The notes under the pieces: model-generated | What the model saw: only the letters and a program-made list of their open reading frames with translations | The model's database searches: none | Told to the model about the DNA's origin: nothing | Program-made: the position numbers and the translations under genes | Part shown: piece after piece, positions 24,040 to 32,450 of the stretch | Position numbering within the stretch: the stretch's first letter is position 1 | Layout: each line of letters starts with the position of its first letter | From: a virus | IMG/VR virus record: IMGVR_UViG_3300032893_000024 | Location: 1-64,000 of that record | Length of the DNA: 64,000 nt | Strand: one strand, 5' to 3'

Positions 24040-24834
24040 TCAGTGCCGGCGGCGCCGGCGCCTCGTCATCTCCTCGCTGGCGATCTGCCGTCGCGACTTC
24101 GGCGGCCTCAGAGCGACGTACGCGAGACCGAATCCGGCGAGCATTGCCGTCACACCGACGAGCACGGGTGTAACCCAAGACGAATCCGTCGTGGACGTAT
24201 CGCCCACACCGATCTCGTACTTCGCGAGTTTGTTCTTCCCGGAACTCTTTCGGGTAGAGAGACCGATCGACTTCGTTCCCTCGCTGAGGTGACCGCCGTA
24301 CCCGACACCACGCAATCCAGCAGACCCATTGGCCGCGCCGTTCGCGCCACCTGATGCACTGCCGGATGCTGCGCCGTTTGCGCCGCCCATCGCGCCAGGG
24401 TTCATAACCCTCGGCGCGTTGGGATTCATCACCCGTGGTACGCCCGACCCCGTCCCCCACATGCCGGGGATCCCCCATCCACTTGATCCCTGGCCGCAGT
24501 TGCCCGCAGCGATCCCGCTGCAAGCACCTTGAACCTGTCCGCAGCCTCCGCGGATTCCGCTCCCACAGGACCCCTCAACACCAGAGGTTCCCTTGGCTGC
24601 GTCCCCAGCGCAGCCCTTCCCCTCTGCGCATCCACTGCAGCAAGGCCAAGACTCTGGCATGGCCAGAACCTCACCCGCGTAGAGCGACGTGAACGTCGTC
24701 GTTCCAGGCATGAGGGACTTCTGCGGATTCGCCTGCGCGAGCTCCCACGCGCGCGAGGGCGGCATCCCACGACTGGCGCAGATGGTCGCCATGGAATCGC
24801 CCGGCTGCACTACGTACTCGTGATCGTCGCTCAC
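24040..24834 (-). CDS. LysM-domain protein with Cys/Gly-rich linker and C-terminal TM + poly-Arg tail
   Basis: LysM: YVVQPGDSMATICASRG..VLAMP. TM: VTPVLVGVTAMLAGFGLAYVAL. Tail: TRRRRRRH. GTG 24834 gives a GTGA overlap with the upstream stop and has GGGAG 8 nt upstream (the track ORF extends to 24894). Confidence 0.7.
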   Translation of the reverse strand: MSDDHEYVVQPGDSMATICASRGMPPSRAWELAQANPQKSLMPGTTTFTSLYAGEVLAMPESWPCCSGCAEGKGCAGDAAKGTSGVEGSCGSGIRGGCGQVQGACSGIAAGNCGQGSSGWGIPGMWGTGSGVPRVMNPNAPRVMNPGAMGGANGAASGSASGGANGAANGSAGLRGVGYGGHLSEGTKSIGLSTRKSSGKNKLAKYEIGVGDTSTTDSSWVTPVLVGVTAMLAGFGLAYVALRPPKSRRQIASEEMTRRRRRRH

Positions 24835-25688
24835 CGTGCGCACTCCCTTCCCCGCGGCAGAATCGGCCGGGGTCCGTCGTTCGCTGCCCAGCATTCGGTC
24901 TGGCCAGGCGACTCGGCGTAGAACTCCTCTTCCTGGAAAATCAAGTCACCGGCCACGCGCCAGTAGACTGCATTCGGGAAGTTCGCAACGAAAGCATCTT
25001 CCGGCGGGATGCAGCCAGTACCCCCAGGAAGAGACCCGGGAAGCACGAGAGCGGGTCTCGTCTCCGTGTTGGTCTGCTTCACGCTCGCGTAGAGCGCGAT
25101 CTCGCACGGCCCCTCGATCTCTGCGTCGAGAGAGTAGTAGGCCTGATCTGCGCGCCAGTTCCATCGAAGGTCGTACCAGGTACCGAGCTGTCCGATGAGC
25201 GGTACGCCAGGAACTCGGTACGGAGCCAGATACCCGCCGCCCTCTCCGATTGCGCTGCTGTAGATGAGGGCTGGCGTCTGAGAATCTAGGTAAGCCTCTC
25301 CCTCGCTGGAGAACGTCTCGAACGTCGCTTGATACCCAGGCGGGAGACGACGGAGGTGCCACGAAATGTTTCCATCCGTGAACTTCCAGAACGGTGATGT
25401 CACCTGGAGTTCCAGCGGATAGACAGAACCCTGGTCGTCGTTCGGAACGGCGACACCAATCGTTGCCATCTGCCGGATGCCTACGAGGCGCGCGACCTGG
25501 CGAGCCGTGATCCGCGCCTTCGCGAGCATGAACATGTACCGCGTCCCCGTCTTTGCCGACGGAGTGGTTGGGACACGGACTCCGACGGCGTAGCCCGATC
25601 CATCCGGATCGGACCCAACCCCCTGCAGGTACGGGTCGTAACCCGTCGAGGAGATCTCGTACCGATTGCCGCGCGCCCGGAGAACCAT
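24831..25688 (-). CDS. beta-rich virion protein (285 aa), function unknown
   Basis: ATG 25688 (M30 of the track ORF) lies 1 nt after the stop of 25690..26325. No TM segment and no recognisable motif. Confidence 0.65.
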   Translation of the reverse strand: MVLRARGNRYEISSTGYDPYLQGVGSDPDGSGYAVGVRVPTTPSAKTGTRYMFMLAKARITARQVARLVGIRQMATIGVAVPNDDQGSVYPLELQVTSPFWKFTDGNISWHLRRLPPGYQATFETFSSEGEAYLDSQTPALIYSSAIGEGGGYLAPYRVPGVPLIGQLGTWYDLRWNWRADQAYYSLDAEIEGPCEIALYASVKQTNTETRPALVLPGSLPGGTGCIPPEDAFVANFPNAVYWRVAGDLIFQEEEFYAESPGQTECWAANDGPRPILPRGRECAR

Positions 25689-25689
25689 T

Positions 25690-26325
25690 TCAGCCTGCCG
25701 ACCCCGAAAGCTTCTTCGCGCATGCGGAAACACACGGGACGCAGTAGCCCGCGTCACGGAGTCGCTGCGCTGCATCGTCCGGATCCATGTTGTCCAGCGA
25801 CGGATCGAGGAACTGCCAACCCGTGAAGGTGAGCGTGACGTTGTAAGGCGGCCCGTTCGGCGCCGTCGCCGGAGGCGCCTGCGTCAGGATGAATTCGGCC
25901 TTGATCGACTGTTGCTTGTAGAGCGTCCAGCCGGCCGGCCACGTGTCCATGATGATGTTCGTGAAGTTCTCGAGGGGCGTGAAGTTCGGCGCCACGAGAT
26001 ACCGAGGTCCCGAGTGAACCGAGACACGGACCGCAACGCCTGGGGCTTGCTTCAGGTTCGCGTCGTACAGCGTCTTGAAAACGTTTCCGGAGAACACGTT
26101 CGGTTGCTGGAGGCTGTAGTCCACCCGCTGGATCCAGGTTCGGCAGGGGATCACCGTGTCGAGGTCTCCCTCGATCGGAATCTGGTTGAGCGCGAAGCTC
26201 TGGAAACTCGCCGCGCAGTTCATGACGAACGGGATGCGCGGGATTCCTTGGGACAGCGCGTAAGCGGCGATCGGGTCGTACAGCGCAAGCAGGGGGATAT
26301 TTTCGGTCTTGGGCTGCTGATCCAT
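25690..26325 (-). CDS. beta-rich virion protein (211 aa), function unknown
   Basis: Track ORF. GAGGAA RBS before ATG 26325. First gene after the hairpin that follows the 433-aa gene. Confidence 0.65.
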   Translation of the reverse strand: MDQQPKTENIPLLALYDPIAAYALSQGIPRIPFVMNCAASFQSFALNQIPIEGDLDTVIPCRTWIQRVDYSLQQPNVFSGNVFKTLYDANLKQAPGVAVRVSVHSGPRYLVAPNFTPLENFTNIIMDTWPAGWTLYKQQSIKAEFILTQAPPATAPNGPPYNVTLTFTGWQFLDPSLDNMDPDDAAQRLRDAGYCVPCVSACAKKLSGSAG

Positions 26326-26399
26326 AGCTTCCTCTTGACTATTGACGGATTCCGTCTATTACACTCTCTCGAGCAATGAACTCAGGTTCCCAATACGAC

Positions 26400-26439
26400 G
26401 GTGCGCGGCCGACCGAACTGGGTCGGCCGGTCGCGCACC
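26400..26439 (-). terminator. strong GC-rich hairpin immediately downstream of the 433-aa virion gene
   Basis: GGTGCGCGGCCGACC-gaactg-GGTCGGCCGGTCGCGCACC (8+7 bp stem with a 4-nt bulge), starting 18 nt after the stop at 26457. Lies in one of the few intergenic gaps of the late block. Confidence 0.5.
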
Positions 26440-26456
26440 GCTTATCCAACCTTCGA

Positions 26457-27758
26457 TCAGCGGCTGAGCGCCGGCAGAGCCGCCATCCCGGTCGTCCCAC
26501 CGACGCCCGGCATGTTGATGTACTGGCTGAGGTTCTTGGTGATGTAGTCCTTCCACGGACCCCACACTTCGAGCCCCTTGATGAGGATGGAGAGCTTCAG
26601 CACGCCACCCTTCATCTTGATGCGCGACGTCGTCACCTGCTGGCCGCTGAACTGGTTCGCGCCCTGGTCGAGCGTGAGTTCCGGCATGTACGAGACCGCG
26701 CCCGTGGGGGCCGGCGTCGTCGGGAGCAGGTTGGCATCCGCCGTGATGATGGAGAGGTTTCCGCCGAGTTCATCAGAGATCGACAGGTACCGCTTCATCT
26801 GATCCTGGTGGTACGAGTCCTGCGCAACGAGAACCATCCCGATCGGGATGCCCTTCTCGAGGAGGACCGGGCGGGGGAGCTTCCGGAACGGCTGGGTCGC
26901 AGCGATGCTCCCCTGGTTCCGGAGTCCGCCGTGCGTGGTCGGCGCGAGGTCGAAGTCGCGCGTCGGGTGGAAGAGGCCGACGTTGCCCGTCGTGCCAGAA
27001 CCCACACCCGTCGGGCCCGTGACGCCGGAGGCGGCGTTCACCGAACCGATTCGGCGCGCGTTGACGGGGACGAACACGCCGCCGCCCGCGAGCTCGCGGT
27101 AGCGGTTGTTCGACTGGCGCGCGTACTCGATCACGTCCACTTCGGACGTGCCGGCCGCCACTGCTTCGGCGTAGGGGCCGAAGTAGCAGACGTCCGCAGC
27201 GAGTTCGTTCACCAGCAAGATCCTCTGGTAGACGCGCCACTGGAACTGGTACGCCTGCGCGAGGTGCCAGGCGGCCTCCCAGTCATCGTGGCCCCACGAG
27301 AGGATCGCCGGGGTGAGCGTCGATCCGCCGGGGACGCCAAGGACCTGGACATCGTTCGAGGTGAAGACGTCCGGGCTGACCGGCGTGGCCGTCGCAGCGC
27401 CGGGGGCCGGGCTGAGGCAGTTGCCGATCTGCATGAACGACTGCGGCTCCGCGAAGACATGGAAGCCGAACCCGTAGGCGATCATGTCCGCCTGGAGGAT
27501 GCCGTTCACGACGAACGACGAGTCCACGCTGTCGATGCCGGGCACCGACTTCGGGTTCTGCAGGACGTCGATCTCGTTCCCAAACGTGGCGTCGATGTCC
27601 GCGTCCGAGATCGGGAGTTGCGTGGTCCACGTGACGTACTCGATGACGGGCACGTTCGTGAAACCGCACTGGAGGACGCCGTCGGCGATCTCCGGCGACG
27701 GATTTGCCCCGAGCCCGATCATCTTCGAGTTCGGACGGTCTCTGATGTCAACCTTCAT
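26457..27758 (-). CDS. candidate major virion (capsid) protein, 433 aa, fold not recognised
   Basis: Own AGGAG RBS. Flanked by 66-nt and 131-nt spacers in an otherwise overlapping operon, and followed by a hairpin. This expression layout is typical of the most abundant structural protein. No sequence motif could be assigned by eye. Confidence 0.4.
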   Translation of the reverse strand: MKVDIRDRPNSKMIGLGANPSPEIADGVLQCGFTNVPVIEYVTWTTQLPISDADIDATFGNEIDVLQNPKSVPGIDSVDSSFVVNGILQADMIAYGFGFHVFAEPQSFMQIGNCLSPAPGAATATPVSPDVFTSNDVQVLGVPGGSTLTPAILSWGHDDWEAAWHLAQAYQFQWRVYQRILLVNELAADVCYFGPYAEAVAAGTSEVDVIEYARQSNNRYRELAGGGVFVPVNARRIGSVNAASGVTGPTGVGSGTTGNVGLFHPTRDFDLAPTTHGGLRNQGSIAATQPFRKLPRPVLLEKGIPIGMVLVAQDSYHQDQMKRYLSISDELGGNLSIITADANLLPTTPAPTGAVSYMPELTLDQGANQFSGQQVTTSRIKMKGGVLKLSILIKGLEVWGPWKDYITKNLSQYINMPGVGGTTGMAALPALSR

Positions 27759-27824
27759 GATCTCACTCCTGTTTTGGCTCGGCCGACAAAGTCAGACACC
27801 GAGCGTTTCTGGTCTGAAATTCGA

Positions 27825-29960
27825 TCAGTCCGGGATCTCCACCCGGTTGGGCGGGACGCTGAACTGCGGGATGCCGGACACTCCATTCGAGTGTCCGTCC
27901 GGACCGCCCTCGAGACCGAGAGCGTCACGAGCGGTCGCCGCCGCCGACTGCATTGCCGTCCTCATGGCGCCAGCGCCGCAAGGAGTGCAACCGCCCTGCG
28001 AGGGCTGGGGGACCTGCCGGGGGGCACCCGGGGGCGCGTAGGGGGCGCAGGGAGAGCCGGACGGGCACGGAATGATGGTCTGACCATCGCTGCCGTAACA
28101 CATGCCCGGTTGCCCAGGAACCGCAGAGCCGGGCATGTTCCCGCCGCCGAAGTTCTCCAGGTTCTGGCCGACGCCAGCCCGCGCGTACGGGCCCACGTCT
28201 CGGAACGAGCGCATCTGCGGCGACATGTTCGCAGGGAGTCGCCCGTAGGGCGCGCCCAGACCGAGCAGGCCAGGACCGGAGGTCCCGGTACTTGCCGTGC
28301 CACCAGAGGAAGGCGCGCACTGGACCGGCGTGACGCCGTCGGATCCGTAGCACATACCGTTCTGGCCGTTGATGTAGTCGCCGGGGTTGCCCGACGTCGC
28401 GCCCGCAGCGCCCGTGTTGCCCGTGGAGGCGACCGCGGTCGCTCCCGTCGCACCCGTGGCTCCGCCGGTCGCACCAGTGGCTCCCGTTGCGCCCGTTGCG
28501 CCGCCACCCTGCTCCGCGCCGACGACGTCGGGGTAGAGCTGATTGGCCAGCATCGGGTTGCTCGAGACGAGCTGTGCGTTGCCGAGGAGGAGCGTCTTCG
28601 CGAGCTGCCCGAGGAGGTGGAAGCCAGCGCCGAGGGCCATGCCCTGGAGCGCGGCTCGCGCCATCGGATGCTTGACGAAGTAGGCTCCCGCCATCGGCGC
28701 TGCCGTGAGGGCGACCTGTGCCGCGATTCGCGTCACGCTCGGGACTCCGAGGATCGCCGTTTGAGCGGCAGCCCCGGTGACCGGTGTGGACCCGCTTGTC
28801 GCGAGGAACCGATCGAGGACGTCCGTGAGGACGTAGCCGACCGTGCCCGTAACGAGAGCGAGCGCGAACTCTCCGCCCGACAGCGGATTCGAGAGCGGAT
28901 GCTCCTCACCAAGGAATCCGAGCGGATTGGCGAACATACCCTCGCTCGCGCTCTGCGGCGGAAGACGGCGGTAGGTCGTCCGATGGCTCCGACGGTGCCC
29001 CTTACGTGCTCCCTTGCGCGCTCCCTTGCGCGACTTACGGTGGGGACGACGCCGCGTGGCCCGCTTCTTCGGAGTCGTCATGACGATACGAACGTTCACC
29101 GGACGCGCACGGCCCCTCGATGACCGACGCACGCCACGAACGAGAGCCGTTGCACTGCGACGCCGACGCGGATGCTTCCGAGAACCCTTTCGGGAGCCCT
29201 TCCGCTTGCCCTTCCTTCGAGCAGGCTTCGTAGCCTCCATGACCTCGCGGGCATGATGATGCCGACGAGGACGACGACGGGGCTTGCGGGTCTCGTACAC
29301 GACTTCACTCGCGCGTCGCGCGCGGCGACGCCGCGGCTTCCGGTGCTTTGCCATGGCGGTCTCTTCCCAACTCATGTGGCGCGGCACGTACACCCGCTTC
29401 CGTCCTCGCGCCGCTTGACGAGGGGAAGCCTTCCTGAAGTGACCCTTGACGACGTGCCGGCGTTTGCCAGCGCGACCCTTTCGCCGGAGCGTATGGAAGC
29501 GTCCGGTCTTCTTGTTGCGACGAACCGGATTCTCACGGGCGCGGGCCTTCCCGCGACGTCGGCTCTTTGCTTTCACGAAGTGGCCGAATTTGTCACGCTT
29601 CCGCGCTCTCGCCATCTTCGACCGGGAACCCGACTTCTTCTTCGCCATCGTCTCAGCTCCTGACCTGAACCCGGGGTAGTCGCTGTACCTTCCCGTCGCC
29701 TTCACGCGCTTCCAGGCCACGCCCGCACAATACTGCTTCAGGCGTGGTCCACGAAAACGCTTTGCTGCGTGAGAAGCCTTGCACGCCTCATAGTAGCGCG
29801 CAAGGTCCGCGCGGAGCGCCCGCCATTTCCGGTAGCTCCGATCGACACTCGGAGGTGCCGCTCGCCGCCTGCGAGCCACCTCAACGACAGCCGCGTGCTG
29901 ATTGCTCCCCGTACGAAACTGATGCATTGCATCGACGTAGTTGGCGACTCCGCTACTCAT
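27825..29960 (-). CDS. polybasic (protamine-like) N-domain + hydrophobic segments + Gly-X-Y + Cys-motif protein (711 aa)
   Basis: ~330 aa dominated by Arg/Lys (RRKGKRKGSRKGSRKHPRRRR, RKSRKGARKGARKGHRR). Hydrophobic stretches follow (FALALVTGTVGYVL, IAAQVALTAAPMAGAYF, ALQGMALGAGFHLLG). Then GGGATGATGATGATGGATGATGAT. GMCYGSDG..T..(Q/P)C occurs twice. ATGA coupling at the start. Confidence 0.7.
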   Translation of the reverse strand: MSSGVANYVDAMHQFRTGSNQHAAVVEVARRRRAAPPSVDRSYRKWRALRADLARYYEACKASHAAKRFRGPRLKQYCAGVAWKRVKATGRYSDYPGFRSGAETMAKKKSGSRSKMARARKRDKFGHFVKAKSRRRGKARARENPVRRNKKTGRFHTLRRKGRAGKRRHVVKGHFRKASPRQAARGRKRVYVPRHMSWEETAMAKHRKPRRRRARRASEVVYETRKPRRRPRRHHHAREVMEATKPARRKGKRKGSRKGSRKHPRRRRSATALVRGVRRSSRGRARPVNVRIVMTTPKKRATRRRPHRKSRKGARKGARKGHRRSHRTTYRRLPPQSASEGMFANPLGFLGEEHPLSNPLSGGEFALALVTGTVGYVLTDVLDRFLATSGSTPVTGAAAQTAILGVPSVTRIAAQVALTAAPMAGAYFVKHPMARAALQGMALGAGFHLLGQLAKTLLLGNAQLVSSNPMLANQLYPDVVGAEQGGGATGATGATGATGGATGATGATAVASTGNTGAAGATSGNPGDYINGQNGMCYGSDGVTPVQCAPSSGGTASTGTSGPGLLGLGAPYGRLPANMSPQMRSFRDVGPYARAGVGQNLENFGGGNMPGSAVPGQPGMCYGSDGQTIIPCPSGSPCAPYAPPGAPRQVPQPSQGGCTPCGAGAMRTAMQSAAATARDALGLEGGPDGHSNGVSGIPQFSVPPNRVEIPD
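28380..28509. repeat. Gly-X-Y coding microsatellite inside 27825..29960
   Basis: GAT triplet repeats. 28471-28490 is identical to 17589-17608. Confidence 0.85.
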
Positions 29961-30376
29961 GGGTAGACAAAGCCTCGCCAGTTTGCGATGCAGCCGTGAC
30001 CGAGATCGATCCGGAGGAATCTACGGCAGCGTGCGACTGAAACCTTCGCGCGCTTGTCGAACAGGTGGTAATACCGCGCGGCGTGTTTTCCAGGGCGCTG
30101 GTAGAAGATCTGCACCGCATCGCCAATAGAATTCCACGGTCCACTGGGAACGTCAACGACAGCTCCCCGCGCTTCGTAGTCCGGTCCGAAGTACGATTTG
30201 GCGTCTCCCGTCATCTCCACGCGCTTTCGCGTCGTTTTGTACGGACCGACGAACACAAAGCATTTCCCTAGAGAGCCCCCATCCGGATCGTGAATCATCC
30301 CGTAGCTGACGGGCACACGGACGTAGGAACCGTCCGCCATCTCGAGCTTTACGGCGCGACCCTTGATGAGGATCAA
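29957..30376 (-). CDS. hypothetical virion-module protein (139 aa)
   Basis: Track ORF, overlapping start and stop with its neighbours. Confidence 0.6.
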   Translation of the reverse strand: MILIKGRAVKLEMADGSYVRVPVSYGMIHDPDGGSLGKCFVFVGPYKTTRKRVEMTGDAKSYFGPDYEARGAVVDVPSGPWNSIGDAVQIFYQRPGKHAARYYHLFDKRAKVSVARCRRFLRIDLGHGCIANWRGFVYP

Positions 30377-32007
30377 GCGGGGTGACTCCTCTTGTAGGAG
30401 GCGGCGCTGCCCTCAGCAACGGCCTTGAGAAGAGGGAAAAACGTGTAGACGCTCGCGAAGGCGAGGCCTCCGACCACGACCCAAAGAACCGTCTTCTCCA
30501 CGCTGCCAAGCGCGCTGGAAAACGGATTCGACTCCTCGGTATCCTTCTGCGCCTTCAGCTCTGCGATCCGGTTCTGCGACACCGCACTCAGAAGCGCTTG
30601 CCCCTGCTGCTGGCTGCATCTGCCCGAATTGATACAATCCACGATCGCTTTGTTGGTCGCTTCCCGCGCGGCAGCCGTTGCTGAATCGCAGTACTTCGAC
30701 ATGACGAAGTAAGCTGTGAAACCAGCGATCGCGGTAACGGCTACGATAGCGCCGACCCAGATGATCGGGCTACCAACTCCAACTCCTTGGACTCCGGTGG
30801 ATCCGGTTGAAGATGCTTCTGCCTGCACTTGAGCAGCAGACAACGCCTTCCCGTCCTTGGCTGAAAACCCACTGATGATCGTACCGGCAGGATTGAAGAA
30901 GGCGTAGATCGCATCCTCAGCTCTTTCCACGATGGAGTGGAGACTCCACGGGTCAGCAGCAGCCGCAGCAACGTATGCCTCGTTCGTGTTTTGATCCACG
31001 AGAACCTGACGAGCTCCATCAAGCGCATCGTGGCCAGCTTGAACGAGCGTAGATCCCACGGTCCAGAGCTGCGTTGCAACATATTGCATGCTCTGCGTCC
31101 AGATCCCGTTGGTCGGAAAATCAGCGATACTGTCGATCGCGTAGGGTTCCGGATCGTACGCAGTTTCCGGCTGCAGCTGCGCGCGTGTTTGTTGAACCTG
31201 GACGAGCGCAGCGCCAAGACGATTCACTGCCGCTTCCAGCACCATTACGATCGTCTGGAGCTGAGCGGTGATCGCATCGTACGTAGCGCCGCTTACGATC
31301 CCATCCCCGACGCCTACCAGATTCGGATAGGGCAGATTTCCGAGCCCAAACACGTCCGGTCTCGCGCCGATTCCGACGTAGTCTCCATTCAACCCCTTGG
31401 CAGTGTCAGAAACCTCTTCTGCTTCGCTCTTCTTTAGGGGATCGACCGTCCATTCTCTGGTCGCCGGAAAAGCCTCCCCAACAGCCATGGTCGGACTCGA
31501 TGGATCCACGCGCTTCCACCCATCGGGCGTATCGATTGCGAGAAGAACATGCGTCGGATGCTCCGTAAATCCCTTGAAGCTCTGGCCGACGACCTGCACC
31601 GGTACGCCCATGCTCATGATCGCGGATCCCGTGGCCACCGTAAGATCGTCACAGTCGCCTGCCGGCATGCAAAGCTTTCCGTCGAGGCAGAGCGTGTATC
31701 TGCTCGCGACGATCATCTCTGTCCCGACCGGATCTTGGACGTAGACCGTCTGCTTTCGCACGGCATCCAGAATCGCTTGCGCTTTTCCGACGTTCGTTGA
31801 CGGCTTGCCGGCAGCGAGAAGAACTTTTCCGGCCCAAGACTTCACGAATACGTCGTTTCGACCGTCACGGATTCGCCTAGCCACTTCGTCGAGGCTGAAC
31901 TTTGGCCCTTTGGCGCCAGCTGGGTAGCGCCCAGAATCCACTCTCACGCCAGAGAGCTGTGCCTTGGAACTTTCAATCGAAGGCCGGTAGTCGTAATTTT
32001 TCGTCAT
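30373..32007 (-). CDS. transglutaminase-like cysteine protease-fold protein with two C-terminal TM helices (544 aa)
   Basis: Cys-His-Asp core pattern: GDCDDLTVATGSAIMSMGVPVQVV ... HVLLAIDTPDGWKRVDPS. TM segments: IIWVGAIVAVTAIAGFTAYFV and VLWVVVGGLAFASVYTFFPLL. Confidence 0.7.
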   Translation of the reverse strand: MTKNYDYRPSIESSKAQLSGVRVDSGRYPAGAKGPKFSLDEVARRIRDGRNDVFVKSWAGKVLLAAGKPSTNVGKAQAILDAVRKQTVYVQDPVGTEMIVASRYTLCLDGKLCMPAGDCDDLTVATGSAIMSMGVPVQVVGQSFKGFTEHPTHVLLAIDTPDGWKRVDPSSPTMAVGEAFPATREWTVDPLKKSEAEEVSDTAKGLNGDYVGIGARPDVFGLGNLPYPNLVGVGDGIVSGATYDAITAQLQTIVMVLEAAVNRLGAALVQVQQTRAQLQPETAYDPEPYAIDSIADFPTNGIWTQSMQYVATQLWTVGSTLVQAGHDALDGARQVLVDQNTNEAYVAAAAADPWSLHSIVERAEDAIYAFFNPAGTIISGFSAKDGKALSAAQVQAEASSTGSTGVQGVGVGSPIIWVGAIVAVTAIAGFTAYFVMSKYCDSATAAAREATNKAIVDCINSGRCSQQQGQALLSAVSQNRIAELKAQKDTEESNPFSSALGSVEKTVLWVVVGGLAFASVYTFFPLLKAVAEGSAASYKRSHPA

Positions 32008-32411
32008 GCGCGCTCCGGTAGAGCGTAGCGTACCCCGCCGGAAATGCTTTTCGGCAACGCGCGCTCGATGTTCACGATCTGATCGAGGTAGACAACGATT
32101 TCCCCGCGACCCGACCGGATTTTTGCGAGCTGGTAGGGAGTTGGCTCGAAGCGAGCAACGGGACGACGGCGGCGCCAGAAGACGGCAGTACCGTCCGGCA
32201 GGAGTTCCACGGCCTCAACGAATGGGTCGCCACCGAGTTGCGCCCGAAACGCAGCGCGGCGACCACGATTGTGCGGATCGCGTGAGCGCGGTGGGCGTGG
32301 GTAGGAGATGGTATCGGGGTGGCCAGACCTCAGGATGAGGTAGGCTGCAGCAGCGCCAATCGCGGCACCGGCCAGGACGCCAAGGATGACCGGGGTAACC
32401 TGGTCGGCCAT
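32004..32411 (-). CDS. N-terminally anchored membrane protein (135 aa)
   Basis: TM segment VTPVILGVLAGAAIGAAAAYLIL. 4-nt overlap with the downstream gene. Confidence 0.6.
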   Translation of the reverse strand: MADQVTPVILGVLAGAAIGAAAAYLILRSGHPDTISYPRPPRSRDPHNRGRRAAFRAQLGGDPFVEAVELLPDGTAVFWRRRRPVARFEPTPYQLAKIRSGRGEIVVYLDQIVNIERALPKSISGGVRYALPERA

Positions 32412-32450
32412 GGCCGGAGCGTACCACGCCCCGGCCAGGCCGGCAGTAGC

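Noticed and set aside
24029-24523. N-terminal 165-aa extension of track ORF 23048..24523
   Set aside because: Arg-rich, and it overlaps the upstream LysM gene. A GGAGAAG RBS and ATG at 24028 give a protein starting exactly at its LysM domain.
26442-26450. DnaA-box-like TTATCCAAC next to the capsid-gene hairpin
   Set aside because: A single 8/9 match with no cluster of boxes or AT-rich unwinding element. Likely coincidence.
26376-29123. 915-aa plus-strand ORF, the longest on that strand
   Set aside because: Extremely Arg/Asp/His/Val-rich with no motifs. It lies antisense to two well-supported minus-strand genes (26457..27758 and 27825..29960) that have RBS and coupling signals.
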